Shown here piece by piece: positions 18,724-29,091 of a DNA stretch of 64,000 nt. The stretch's first letter is position 1. Every line of letters starts with the position of its first letter. The notes beneath the pieces were generated by a model that had not been told where the DNA came from, did not search any database, and was given only the letters and a program-made list of their open reading frames with translations. This DNA comes from Thermoproteota archaeon (GTDB taxonomy: Archaea; Thermoproteota; Methanomethylicia; Methanomethylicales; Methanomethylicaceae). The DNA lies in contig VGLU01000004.1 in assembly GCA_016882195.1 (NCBI GenBank), forward strand, positions 5,572-69,571, in the 5' to 3' direction. Both the position numbers and the translations under genes were made by a program.

Positions 18724-19503
18724 TCAAGACGGCTTCTTCTTTAGCCTCTTGCCTTTTCCCATGAGGTGCATTACCAGGCACTCCTCGACGGGGATGAATG
18801 CCTCGCCTATGACATGGCCCTCACCATAGCGGACCGGGGCGTTCCTCACGACCGCGACGGGGATGGACTCGGAGGTCTCCCCCATTACGAGGTGGGCGGC
18901 TGAGGCCAGGTTGTCGGCCACGGCCAGGCGTTTGATCTTCATTGGGCGACCGAAGAGGTCCTTCCTTCCCCTGAGGTCCTCCACCGGACTGAGGCCGGCC
19001 ACCCCCAAGGCCACGGAGCTGTTGCCCATCCTGAGGGGCAGGGTTCTGCTGTCTATGATCAGTATGCCGACATCCAGCCCAGCATCCCTGAAGCGCCCTC
19101 TAAACTCCTCGGCAGACCTCTGCGGGTCCTCGGGCCATAGGGCGGCAAAGCCCAGCGGCGCGTTGGACTGGTCGACGCCGCCGTTGGCGATCAGGACGCC
19201 CTTCTTAATTGTTGTTAGGGCATACTCGACCCCCCCAAGGATCTCGTCTGACTCCTTCAGGACTACCTCTGCAAAGGCAGGGTCGAGGTGGTATTTTTTT
19301 GATATCCTGAGTGCTTTCTTCGACGGCTTAACCTTGGAGAGGTCAACGAGGCGGCCTTGGGAGGTGCCCACGACCTTGGCAGAGTATACGACGATGTCGC
19401 CATTTTGGATAGGGTTGCCCGAACTTTTGGATCTTTCAATGGTCAGGGCCACTAGGTCGACGCCGGGGCGGATCAGCGGCATCTTTATGCCATATATATG
19501 CAA
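18724..19503 (-). CDS. cofE: coenzyme F420-0:L-glutamate ligase (CofE family)
   Basis: GRKDLFGRPM...VADNLASAAHLVMGETSESIPVAVVRN motifs. Start possibly at Met8. Confidence 0.7.
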   Translation of the reverse strand: MHIYGIKMPLIRPGVDLVALTIERSKSSGNPIQNGDIVVYSAKVVGTSQGRLVDLSKVKPSKKALRISKKYHLDPAFAEVVLKESDEILGGVEYALTTIKKGVLIANGGVDQSNAPLGFAALWPEDPQRSAEEFRGRFRDAGLDVGILIIDSRTLPLRMGNSSVALGVAGLSPVEDLRGRKDLFGRPMKIKRLAVADNLASAAHLVMGETSESIPVAVVRNAPVRYGEGHVIGEAFIPVEECLVMHLMGKGKRLKKKPS

Positions 19504-19638
19504 TTGGACCCCTCCATCGTCTCTTATCGCGCTTGAATCACTTCAGGCCTCTGATTTATGAACATGAAGAGGGATATAGAGTTTCCTCTGGGTTAAACCT
19601 TATTATAGTGAGATGTCCCTCTCTCTTTTGGTGAGAGT

Positions 19639-20691
19639 ATGGGAGCCACGGTTCTCGTTGGCGGCTTCTTCGGAGACGAGGGGAAAGGCGAGGCGCATTA
19701 GCGTTCGCCCCCCATAGGAAAGATAGCCGCCTATTTGAGCCGTAATGACAACTACAAATTAGCGGTAAGAACAGGCTCGATCAACGCGGGCCACACCCTT
19801 GTATACGGGGGAAGGGAGATAAAACTGCGGATCGTTCCTTGCGCCTTCGTTAATAAGAGCACCAGGCTTCTCGTCGGTGCGGGCGCGCTTTACAGCATCG
19901 AGACCTTCATGAAGGAGGTGGAGCTCACCGGAACGAGGGGCAGGATAGGCGTGGACGTGAACAGCGGGATCATACTGCCGGAGCACATGGCGAGGGAGAG
20001 GAAGGACGAGTTCCTGATGAAGGAGGTGGGATCCACCGGCTCCGGCGTCGGGTCAGCCATGGTGGACAGGGTATCGCGCCTGCTAAAAATGGCCAAGGAC
20101 TTTGAGGAGCTCAAGCCCTTCATCACGGACGTCTCTGGGGAGGTTCAGGATTGCATGAAGGATGGTGGAGGCGTGCTCATAGAGGGGACGCAGGGACTGT
20201 ACCTCTCGCTCTACCACGGGGGGTACCCGTTTGTGACAAGCAGGGACGTCTCTGCCTCCGGCGTATGCAGCGAGGTGGGTGTTGGGCCGAAGGATGTCGA
20301 TAATGTGATCGTGGTGTTTAAGTCGTACGTGACGCGGGTCGGAGGCGGACCGCTCGAGAGAGAGCTCCCTGAGGAGGAGGTTGCGAGGAGGGGCTGGGTG
20401 GAGATAGCCTCGGTCACGGGCAGGAAGAGGAGGGCCGCGCCCTTCAACTACGAGCTGGCCGGGAGGGCCGTCAAGATAAACTCGGCGACGCAGATAGCCC
20501 TGACAAAGCTGGACACGGTCTTCCCAGAGTGCAAAGGGATGACCAGATACGATGGGCTCTCTGACAGGGCCAAGGGATTCGTCAAAGAGGTCGAGAAGAA
20601 CTTGGGCGTCCCGGTCACCATAATCGGAACAGGGCCTGGTACTCTGGACGTGGTTGACAGAAGGCCAGTTGTGACATCCTCCCCAGCCTGA
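19639..20691 (+). CDS. purA: adenylosuccinate synthetase (short archaeal form), interrupted by an in-frame TAG at 19699-19701
   Basis: ATG 19639 gives MGATVLVGGFFGDEGKGEAH-TAG-RSPPIGKIAAYLS...SINAGHT in one frame. Downstream motifs are intact (GSTGSGVG, TQG, VTGRKRR). The track ORF 19735..20691 lacks the P-loop. Confidence 0.7.
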
Positions 20692-20764
20692 AGTCCGGGG
20701 CTTCCCGCCAAAATAGTTAAAGTAGTTTAAATAGTTCTTAGTTTTTATTTCCTTTTCTTTTTCG

Positions 20765-21157
20765 CTAACTTGCCGAGGGTTTATCCCACGGCACCTTCTT
20801 CTCCCTTCTCAGCCAGATTATTAGGTGCCCAAGTAGGGCGTCCGCGGCTAAGAGGTCTTTTACGGCATCTTCGGCTCTCCCAGAAGAGAGAAGATCCTTG
20901 CACTTCAAGAGGTGATCGGTTATCTGCTGTATGTCCTTCTCCATCTCTGGCTTGCCGCGAACCCTCTGCGGACGGCACTCTGTCCTATAGTTGAGGCAGA
21001 GGAGGGCGAGGGCGTACTGCACCTCAAGTCTGCAACGCAGAACCTTCTTGTACACCTCACTATTGTTTGTGCCAAATGAGAGGAGGACGGAGATCTTCTC
21101 CGCCAAGTCTACTGCCCCGTCTATTGAGGCGATGATCTTTCTGTCAGGGTAGCTCAT
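20765..21157 (-). CDS. hypothetical helical protein
   Basis: 130-aa ORF with no recognisable motif. Confidence 0.35.
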   Translation of the reverse strand: MSYPDRKIIASIDGAVDLAEKISVLLSFGTNNSEVYKKVLRCRLEVQYALALLCLNYRTECRPQRVRGKPEMEKDIQQITDHLLKCKDLLSSGRAEDAVKDLLAADALLGHLIIWLRREKKVPWDKPSAS

Positions 21158-21190
21158 GGTGTCTTCCCTCCTCCCTCCGTACAGGCAGGA

Positions 21191-22987
21191 TTACAGCACG
21201 GTCACGGACTTTGCGAGGTTCCTTGGCTTATCCGGATCCAGCCCTCTGAAATTTGCGACATGGTAGGCAAAGACCTGCAAGGGGACCGTGCATAGCATCG
21301 GGTAGAGCAGATCAGGCGCCTCCGGGACCTCGAAGAACTCGTTGGAGACTTCCTTCAGCTCCTCGTCCCCCTCGGTGATTATGGAGAATATCTCTGCGCC
21401 TCTGGCCTTCATCTCCATGATGTTTCCGATCACCCTTCCTCGTGTAGCGTCCCTCGGGGCGATGAAGACGCAGAGGAAGTCCCGCTCCACCAGCGAGATG
21501 GGACCGTGTTTGGACTCCCCCGCCGGGTATCCCTCGGCGTGGATGTAGCTTATCTCCTTCAGTTTTAGGGCACCTTCCATGGCAGTTGCCACGTTTATCC
21601 CGCGGGCCAAGAAGAATGCGTTGCGCCTCGTGGAGTATTTCAGCGCCAATTCCTTGACCTTCTCGCACCTGCCTAGGGTCTCTTCGATCAACCGTGGTAA
21701 TCTGTTCATCTGTTGGCTCATCGATCTGTAATCCCCTTCGGAGATCCTTCCCTTCTTGAGCCCGACGCGCAGCGTGAGGAGGTCCAGTGCGGTGAGCTGA
21801 GTCAGGAAGGTCTTCGTCGCAGCCACGCCTATCTCAGGCCCGCTCTGCGTGCAGATGTAGGCGTTGGAGAGTACCGTGATGGACGAGCCCAAGGTGTTCG
21901 TTATCCCGAGTATCTTCGCCCCCTTGCCTTTTGCGTACTTGACGGCACTCAGGGTATCGGCGGTCTCCCCCGACTGCGAGACCGCCACCACCGTGCTCCC
22001 TTGGAGGTCAGAGACAGCCTCGTTGAACTCGGAGGAGAGTACCGGCCTCACGTCGATCCCGAGGAGCCTGGACATCATGTAGGAGGTTGAGAGGCAGGCG
22101 TGGTAGGAGGTTCCCGACCCGCTGAGGTAGATTTTATCGTTCAGCAGGTCTGCGGCACGGTCCAGGAAGGTCTCTGGCACCTTCAGCGTGTCCCTGATGG
22201 CAACGGGCTGGTCGTAGATCTCCTTTATCATGAAGTGTGGATACCCGCTCTTCTCCGCCATCTTCAGATCCCATGTCACGTTGGAGAATTGGGGTTCGAC
22301 TGCGCCACCGCCTATCTCCTCAAGATTAACCCTCCCTCTCTCAAGGGTCGCGATCGTATCATCCTGCATGATCAAGACCCTTTTTGTGAACGGCAGTAGC
22401 GCGGGGATGTCAGATGCGCAGTATGCGCCCTTGGGGCCTACGCCGATCACCAGGGGGCTCTCCCTTCGAACACAGATCATCTTGTTGGGCTCGGAGGTGC
22501 CTATGATGATGCATGCCATTGAGCCCTTTATGCTCTTAGTTGCCTGGACCACGGCCTCTTTTAGGGGAAGGCCCGCCTTCATGCCCTCCTCTATCATGTG
22601 AGGGATTACCTCTGTATCGGTGTTTGAGGTGAAGTGGTGCCCCTTCCTTGCGAGCTCCTCTCTAAGCTGGAGAAAGTTCTCTAAAACTCCATTGTGTACG
22701 ACTGCTATGGTTTTTGTACAGTCTAGATGAGGGTGGGCGTTCTCCTTGCAAGGAGCACCATGTGTCGCCCACCTCGTGTGGCCTACCCCAACTTCCCCAT
22801 AAAGTCGAGTCTCATCTAGACCACCTATAAATTGATCAATCCTTCCTTTATCCTTTTCTAAGGCAATTTTGTTATTGTTTATCACAGCGACCCCTACGGA
22901 GTCATATCCCCTGTACTCAAGTCGCTTCAGACCATCAAGTATCACCTGTGGGGCTCCATCGCAGAGGCACCCGAATATTCCGCACAC
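21191..22987 (-). CDS. glmS: glutamine-fructose-6-phosphate aminotransferase
   Basis: N-terminal CGIFG nucleophile (probable GTG start just before Cys) and two SIS domains. Confidence 0.9.
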   Translation of the reverse strand: MCGIFGCLCDGAPQVILDGLKRLEYRGYDSVGVAVINNNKIALEKDKGRIDQFIGGLDETRLYGEVGVGHTRWATHGAPCKENAHPHLDCTKTIAVVHNGVLENFLQLREELARKGHHFTSNTDTEVIPHMIEEGMKAGLPLKEAVVQATKSIKGSMACIIIGTSEPNKMICVRRESPLVIGVGPKGAYCASDIPALLPFTKRVLIMQDDTIATLERGRVNLEEIGGGAVEPQFSNVTWDLKMAEKSGYPHFMIKEIYDQPVAIRDTLKVPETFLDRAADLLNDKIYLSGSGTSYHACLSTSYMMSRLLGIDVRPVLSSEFNEAVSDLQGSTVVAVSQSGETADTLSAVKYAKGKGAKILGITNTLGSSITVLSNAYICTQSGPEIGVAATKTFLTQLTALDLLTLRVGLKKGRISEGDYRSMSQQMNRLPRLIEETLGRCEKVKELALKYSTRRNAFFLARGINVATAMEGALKLKEISYIHAEGYPAGESKHGPISLVERDFLCVFIAPRDATRGRVIGNIMEMKARGAEIFSIITEGDEELKEVSNEFFEVPEAPDLLYPMLCTVPLQVFAYHVANFRGLDPDKPRNLAKSVTVL

Positions 22988-23032
22988 GAAGGACACCAAA
23001 CAGAATTGATATCGCCAGTATAATTAAAAAAG

Positions 23033-24982
23033 TTATCTGGGAGCGCCTTCCAGGCGCCTCCGGATCTCCTCCTTGAGCAACTCATGGAGTACCTTGCCGC
23101 CGACCTTCCCCCTGAAGGTCTTCATCAGATCGCCCATCAGCGGGCTTAGGGCGCGCTCGCCGTCCCGCCTTATCCTCTCCATGTTCCTGCCCACCAGCTC
23201 GGCGACGGCGGCCTTTAGCGCAGCGGTGTCCACCGCACCGAGCGAGAGAGCCCTCGTGGCCTCCTCAATGCTCCTTCCCCTGTTGGACGCGAGCCACCGG
23301 AAGATCTCGGCCACGGCCTCCTTTGCAACCTCCCCCTTGTGCACCCTTATCAGGACATCCCTGATCTGCCCCTCCTCCAGCGACTCCACGTCTATCCCCT
23401 CCCGCTTCAGCATCTTTAGGGTGTACTCGAAGGTCGCTGCGACGAAGGAGGGTGCCAGCCCATCAGATTTAACGAGCCTCTCAAAGGTTATTGCGTAGGG
23501 CGAGTCGACTATTAACGCGGCGAGGTCCTTGCTCAGCCCGTACTCCTTTATGTACCGCTCCGTTCTCTTCTCCAGAAGCTCCGGGAGATCCCTCCTTATT
23601 TTGTCGAGCAGGTCTGCACCAACGACTATGGAGGGGACGTCGGTCTCGGGGTACATCCTGGCCGAGCCTGGCATCGGCCTCATGAAGTGGGTCGTGCCAT
23701 CTGGATTGAAGGCCCTCACCTCGCCGGGGACGCCCTTCAAAGCCTCCGATGCCCTCATGACAACGGCATTCAGAGCGACCGAGCCGACCGCTGCCTCGGC
23801 GGCGACGAAGACCACGGCGTCGTTCTCGGTGGCACTGACCTTCTTCCTCAACCCCCTAAGATCCTCCTCCGTGATGCCGTAGGCGGGCAGCTCGTCTGTG
23901 TGGAATATGCCGCCGACCCCACCGAAGACCTTTGCGTGGTCTGAGAGCTCCATGCCGAACCTCCTACCCGGCTGCAACTCCGTCTTGAGGAGACCACCGT
24001 AGCCTGGCAGGAGGACGGCCTGCACCCTTCCGCCGGACTCCAGGGCCTTTTTTATAACCTTGCCGTTCGAGGATGAGAATACGTCGGTTACGTCCACGAC
24101 CTTGGGCCTTGGGGCGGTTACGCCCCTCCTCTTCAGCTCCTCCCTCAGCAGGAGTAGGTTCCTCTGCCTGGTGACCTCGTACTCCACCACGGTTGAGATG
24201 AGGCCCAGCTCTTGGACGCCCTTCACCTCGATCCTCGTTCCTCCCTCTATGGAGATGTTCAGATCCTGCCGTATGGTTCCCAGCCCCCGCTTCATCCTCC
24301 CGGTTGCCTTCAGGATCCTGCCGAGTTGGAGGGCGACGCGCTCGGCCTGCTCCCCGCTGTGGATGTCCGGTCCTGTTGCGATCTCCACGAGGGGAATCCC
24401 GAGGCGGTCAAGCCGGTAGGTCATCATTTCGGGGGTATCGGAGATCTTCCTCGCGGCATCCTCCTCGAGGCAGAGGGACTGCATGGTGATCCTCTCCTCG
24501 CCGTCCATGAGCCAGCCGTCAAACGCGATCTTGGCGGTCCGCTGAAACCCGGTGGTGTTGGAGCCATCTATGACGATCTTCCTCATCACATGTATCTCGT
24601 CAACGGGGGTCATGTTCAGGAGCGCCGCCACCGTTAATGATATGGAGACCGCGTCCCTGTTCAGGTCGTGGGGCGGCTCCTCGTCGAGCTCCACGAGGCA
24701 GACTGTATCGTTATAGCCCTGGTAGCAGAAGGTCCTCCTCCTCTCTGACTCGAAGAGCGCCGCCCTGTCGAGATCCCCGAGCTCGCTGTATGTCGGCTTC
24801 AGCCTCCTCAGGATCGAGAAGTGCGGATCCTCCTCCCTGAGAACGGTCGGGCAGCCGCAGAAGAGCTTCTTGGGGGTGTCGAGCTGCTGGTGAATCTCTA
24901 TACCCACTTTGATGTGATGGTTGACACTCTCCACGGCTAAAGCCGGGAGATTCCTGCCTCTAAAGGCTTCATGACCATTCAT
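23033..24982 (-). CDS. gatE: Glu-tRNA(Gln) amidotransferase subunit E
   Basis: GIEIHQQL...LFCGCP GatB-like core plus archaeal insertion. True start probably ~24934; the ORF N-terminus overlaps the TnpB stop. Confidence 0.85.
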   Translation of the reverse strand: MNGHEAFRGRNLPALAVESVNHHIKVGIEIHQQLDTPKKLFCGCPTVLREEDPHFSILRRLKPTYSELGDLDRAALFESERRRTFCYQGYNDTVCLVELDEEPPHDLNRDAVSISLTVAALLNMTPVDEIHVMRKIVIDGSNTTGFQRTAKIAFDGWLMDGEERITMQSLCLEEDAARKISDTPEMMTYRLDRLGIPLVEIATGPDIHSGEQAERVALQLGRILKATGRMKRGLGTIRQDLNISIEGGTRIEVKGVQELGLISTVVEYEVTRQRNLLLLREELKRRGVTAPRPKVVDVTDVFSSSNGKVIKKALESGGRVQAVLLPGYGGLLKTELQPGRRFGMELSDHAKVFGGVGGIFHTDELPAYGITEEDLRGLRKKVSATENDAVVFVAAEAAVGSVALNAVVMRASEALKGVPGEVRAFNPDGTTHFMRPMPGSARMYPETDVPSIVVGADLLDKIRRDLPELLEKRTERYIKEYGLSKDLAALIVDSPYAITFERLVKSDGLAPSFVAATFEYTLKMLKREGIDVESLEEGQIRDVLIRVHKGEVAKEAVAEIFRWLASNRGRSIEEATRALSLGAVDTAALKAAVAELVGRNMERIRRDGERALSPLMGDLMKTFRGKVGGKVLHELLKEEIRRRLEGAPR

Positions 24983-26231
24983 GGTAGTTCCACCTCAAGG
25001 GCAGGGGCTGTGCCATCAGCCCGCTACCGCTGGTCTTCCCTTCATATGAGTCTGTGCTAAGGACTGGGGGAGACCTTTTCACGGCTACGTTCAATATGTT
25101 TACAGCACCGTTGACGTCGGCGTTGATGCTTTTATGCTTCTCACGGCAGATCATCAGTCCCCTTTCTATCCTGCCGTTGTGCTGTTTTCCGCACAGGCAG
25201 CATGTCCTCGACGTATCCCTCTCAGAGACTTTCTTAACGATTATGCCGTACTCTTCTCCAAGTTCAAGGATACGCTTGACGATTTTGTCGTAGGCCCAGA
25301 AGAGATGTAGCTTCTGATTTCCTCTTTTGCCGTGGTTTGCCTCTTCTCTGATTCCGTTGAGGTCCCCGATGTAAAGTTCACTCACGTTCCCCTGTTCCAA
25401 ATGCGAAAAGATGCTCCTTAACATGGCGTTTATTGCGTGCTTCAGCCTTCTCTGTCTTCTCCTAAACTGAAGCCGAATACGTTTGGATGCGTGTCTTTTT
25501 CGTGGGAGTTTTGACTGCTTATCCGCTATCTCCTTTGTATGGTAAATCCAGTCTGAGAGAACTGCTCTGCCAGAGTAGATTATTGGTCTCTCGCCCTCTA
25601 TATAGAGGGTTGCAAGGTTGCATATGCCCAGATCCAAGGATGCCTTTTTGGCATCGGTTTGACTCCGACTCGGAGGCTGCCAATCAACCTCGACTGGGAT
25701 ATGGGCATACCACCTCCTGTTGATCTCATCTTTTATGACTTCTAATCGACCCCACTTACCCACCCACAGCTCTCCGCATTGATAGGGAATCCTGTTTCTG
25801 GAGATTGAGATTTCTTTTTCGTTCATTCTCCAGCCGTCGTTTCTAACGTAGAACGCCTTCGCCTCTCTTTTTCCGTTTCGCTTCCAATATTTTGGTGGAC
25901 GTATCTTGCGAATATGTGGTGGTAACTTTCCCTTTTTCTTGAGTCTGAGAAGGGCATGGAAGCTCTGCCAAGCCTCATTAAGTTTTGAAAGCAGAGCCTG
26001 TGCCTTACAGGTTCCAAGTTTCTTGAAGGGTTCAGTATGTTTAAGTTCTCTGCATTGAAGAGCGTAAGAAGGCATTTTCATATGTTCGTAGAAGGCTTTT
26101 CTACGCTCATAGTTTGCAATGTTCCATAAGATGGCTGACTGTTCAGCGTATTCACTAAGTGATTGTGTATCGGTGGGTTTGAGGAGAACCGTTGAGGTCC
26201 TTAGCACGTTTAATATGTTCTCAGAGCCCAT
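24969..26231 (-). CDS. tnpB: TnpB-like protein inserted between gatD and gatE
   Basis: 420 aa, RuvC-like core plus zinc finger RTCCLCGKQHNG...ICREKHKSINADVNGAVNI. Confidence 0.8.
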   Translation of the reverse strand: MGSENILNVLRTSTVLLKPTDTQSLSEYAEQSAILWNIANYERRKAFYEHMKMPSYALQCRELKHTEPFKKLGTCKAQALLSKLNEAWQSFHALLRLKKKGKLPPHIRKIRPPKYWKRNGKREAKAFYVRNDGWRMNEKEISISRNRIPYQCGELWVGKWGRLEVIKDEINRRWYAHIPVEVDWQPPSRSQTDAKKASLDLGICNLATLYIEGERPIIYSGRAVLSDWIYHTKEIADKQSKLPRKRHASKRIRLQFRRRQRRLKHAINAMLRSIFSHLEQGNVSELYIGDLNGIREEANHGKRGNQKLHLFWAYDKIVKRILELGEEYGIIVKKVSERDTSRTCCLCGKQHNGRIERGLMICREKHKSINADVNGAVNILNVAVKRSPPVLSTDSYEGKTSGSGLMAQPLPLRWNYHEWS

Positions 26232-26299
26232 ATTTAAGCCTCGCCAACTCCGCGATTAAAATCGGGAGCTTGCGCTCGGAGTATTTTCTGTCAAATGTA

Positions 26300-27616
26300 T
26301 CAGCCCCTTTCCACATCAATGAAATCACTGCGTTCCGACAGCTCTCCCGCGATGTTCTTCAGGAAGAGCTCGCGGATCTTCTCGGGCTCGTCGGTCTGAC
26401 CCAAGACCCACATTAGCTTCACGAGGGCGGTCTCCGGGAGCATGTCTCCCGCGGGGATGACGCCCATGTTGAGAAGCTCCCTGCCGGTGCTGTAGACGTT
26501 CATGTTCACCCGCCCGTACAGGCACTGGGAGGCCATGACCACGGTCAGGCCGCTCTGAATCGCCCTTCTTATCGAGGGGAAGAGGCTCTCTGGCAGGTGC
26601 CCGAGACCGGTTCCCTCGAGGACTATGCCGCGGAAGCCCCTGTGGATTACGGGGTCGAAAATGTCTGGGGGCACCCCCGGGAAGGACTTGATTAGCACCA
26701 CGTCCTCCTCGAAGTTTGCCTTGAGCTCGAGCTCGCCACCGCCCCTCCTCCTGTACCCGCCGTAGGTCTCTATCTTGCCGTCCTGAACCCTGGCGAGGGG
26801 GAGGGCGTTTACAGAGGCGAAGGCGTCCCGCCGGCTCGTGTGCAACTTTCTTACTCTTGTGCCCCGGTGAACTACGAGGCTCGAGTCAGAGCTGCCCCCG
26901 TGCATTAGCACGCCGACCTCGGCGAAGGGGGCCCTCGCGGCTGCAAAGACGGCGCCCTTCAGGTTCAGATAGGCGTCCGAGGAGGGTCTGTCCGATGAGC
27001 GCTGGGAGCCGACCAGAATAACCGGTACAGGAAGGTTACTTAGGGCGAAGCTCAGCGCCGCGGCCGTGTACCCCATGGTGTCGGTGCCGTGCGTTATCAC
27101 GACGCCCTTGGCACCGTCCTTTATGTGGTTGGACACGGACCTCGCCATGGATCCCCAGTTCTCTGGAACGATGTTCTCGCTGAGGACGCTCAGAAGGATC
27201 TCGGTCCTGATGTCCGCCAGATCGCCCAGCTCAGGCACGGACTGGTAGAGGTCCCTCGCGGAGAGGGCCGGGCTCACCGCACCGGTCCTGTAGTCCACCT
27301 TGCTCGCGATGGTCCCGCCGGTGCTTATAATGGAGACCTTCGGCAGGCTGGGGTTGGACTTTGCCTCGAAGGGGGGCGGGCTTATTTTTGACTCCTCGGA
27401 GGGGAGCTTCTGGACGACTAATCCCTCTATGGAGAGGCCGATGTTGTAGCCGTCGTCGAGCTTCAGTATGAGGTGCTGGTCGTCGTCCAGCTCTGACCTC
27501 GGCATCAGGATTCCGGAGAAGGAGATCCTCTCGTTTTTGGCGAGAACCCTGTCGCCCACTTCTAGGCCGTGTTTCTTTATGAGCTCCAGAACCTTGCCTT
27601 TGTAACCAGAGACCAT
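26300..27616 (-). CDS. gatD: Glu-tRNA(Gln) amidotransferase subunit D (asparaginase-like)
   Basis: TGGTIAS, HGTDTM asparaginase motifs; 438 aa. Confidence 0.9.
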   Translation of the reverse strand: MVSGYKGKVLELIKKHGLEVGDRVLAKNERISFSGILMPRSELDDDQHLILKLDDGYNIGLSIEGLVVQKLPSEESKISPPPFEAKSNPSLPKVSIISTGGTIASKVDYRTGAVSPALSARDLYQSVPELGDLADIRTEILLSVLSENIVPENWGSMARSVSNHIKDGAKGVVITHGTDTMGYTAAALSFALSNLPVPVILVGSQRSSDRPSSDAYLNLKGAVFAAARAPFAEVGVLMHGGSSDSSLVVHRGTRVRKLHTSRRDAFASVNALPLARVQDGKIETYGGYRRRGGGELELKANFEEDVVLIKSFPGVPPDIFDPVIHRGFRGIVLEGTGLGHLPESLFPSIRRAIQSGLTVVMASQCLYGRVNMNVYSTGRELLNMGVIPAGDMLPETALVKLMWVLGQTDEPEKIRELFLKNIAGELSERSDFIDVERG

Positions 27617-27824
27617 AGTTCAGCACCCCACCCCATGTACCAAATCGGCGCCACGTCTTTATTTAATAGTGCTCTTGGAAATACTTAACACTAATGATGA
27701 CGGCCGACGGCTTTTGGGCTCAGAGCCCCTTATACGCCTGCGGAATGTTATGTTAAACCCGAAGATAAATAAGTTTAATAAGTCAAATATTCATCTAACA
27801 GTTGATTTTGATGGAGGACTAAAA

Positions 27825-28112
27825 TTGCCGAAGAAGAGGAAGAGCCGTGGAAGGAGCAAGGGTGACAAGGGCAAGTCCGGCAGGGTTCAGTGCGACGGTT
27901 GCGGAGCCTGGGTGCCAAGGGACAAGGCCATCAAGGTGACGAAGCCGGTCTCCATACTGGAGCCCCAGCTGGCCAGGGAGCTACAAAAGCAGGGAGCGCT
28001 GATCTACAGGAGGGTCGTGATGAAGTACTACTGCGTCTCGTGCGCGATCTTCCAGAGGGTCGTCAAGGTCAGGGCCAAGGACGAGAGAAAGTTCGGCGGA
28101 CCTCTCAGGTAG
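27825..28112 (+). CDS. rps26e: ribosomal protein eS26
   Basis: PKKRKSRGRSKG...VQCDGCGAWVPRDKAIKV...YCVSCAIF. Probable TTG start. Confidence 0.8.
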   Translation: MPKKRKSRGRSKGDKGKSGRVQCDGCGAWVPRDKAIKVTKPVSILEPQLARELQKQGALIYRRVVMKYYCVSCAIFQRVVKVRAKDERKFGGPLR

Positions 28113-28127
28113 AGAGGTTTCCTAATT

Positions 28128-28700
28128 TTGTTCAGGGCTTTTATACTCAAGGCCTCCGAGGGGCGGACAGCCCCTGACTTCTCTTTGAGGTCCTTGGCAG
28201 GTCCCGGGAGGATGGACCTGATAGCAAGGTGCATAGTCGCATCCTTTTACACGCTGGAGGGTCCAAGGAGGGACACGGCGCTCACCGTTGTTTTGGAGGG
28301 ACCGCCGGACCCACCAGTTTCACTTACCTTTGACGGAGAGAGGATGCGGCGTGCGCCAGTAGGTGAGGTTGGGGCGGCGGAGATAGTATTCGACGTGCTC
28401 TCCGGTAAAAAAGTGGAGGGCGTCAGGAAGGAGCGGAAGGGGTTCGAGAGGGTCGCCTCCGAGTATAGGGAGAGGGGTTTCTCGTTGTACTACCTCCACG
28501 AGGAGGGGGAGGACTCTTCCAAGGTGAGGTTCGAGGGGAGTTCTGCGTTCATATTGGGGGATCAGAAGGGGCTCGACGCGGGGAGCGAGCGCTTCCTCGA
28601 TGAGGTCAGGACGAAAAGAGTGAGCCTGGGTCCCCACTCCTATCTGGCGAGCCACTGCATAGCAATCATTAATAACGAACTTGACAGATTAGAGAGGTAG
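28128..28700 (+). CDS. trmY: SPOUT-class tRNA methyltransferase of the TrmY (DUF358) family
   Basis: ILGDQKGLD...VSLGPHSYLASHCIAIINNELD. Confidence 0.6.
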   Translation: MFRAFILKASEGRTAPDFSLRSLAGPGRMDLIARCIVASFYTLEGPRRDTALTVVLEGPPDPPVSLTFDGERMRRAPVGEVGAAEIVFDVLSGKKVEGVRKERKGFERVASEYRERGFSLYYLHEEGEDSSKVRFEGSSAFILGDQKGLDAGSERFLDEVRTKRVSLGPHSYLASHCIAIINNELDRLER

Positions 28701-28749
28701 TTACTGTTACCATAAACTGGAATGAAATACATCAGGGGGCACATCTCGG

Positions 28750-29091
28750 TTGGCGCTGCGGAGGCTCGAGCAAAAGCTCACCAAGGAGAACCTCTGGATC
28801 TACATCCTCCACCTGCTGAGGGAGAGCCCGCTCTACGCCTACGAGATAAGGGACAAGATAAGGGCTGCCTTCGGCTTCGAGCCGGCCACGATAACCGTCT
28901 ACGTCGTCCTCTACAAGATGGAGGGGGAGGGGCTCGTTACAAGCGCTGCCGAGAGGCGGGCTCCGAGCAACATCATTAGGAAGTACTACAGGCTGACGGA
29001 GACCGGGCTCCAAACGCTTGAGGACGGCAAGAAGATACTGAGGAGGACACTCGACCTTCTTGAGGTCAGCGGGGGCTCAGCGACCTCATGA
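28750..29091 (+). CDS. PadR-family transcriptional regulator
   Basis: LYAYEIRDKI...VYVVLYKMEGEGLV winged helix. Confidence 0.6.
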   Translation: MALRRLEQKLTKENLWIYILHLLRESPLYAYEIRDKIRAAFGFEPATITVYVVLYKMEGEGLVTSAAERRAPSNIIRKYYRLTETGLQTLEDGKKILRRTLDLLEVSGGSATS

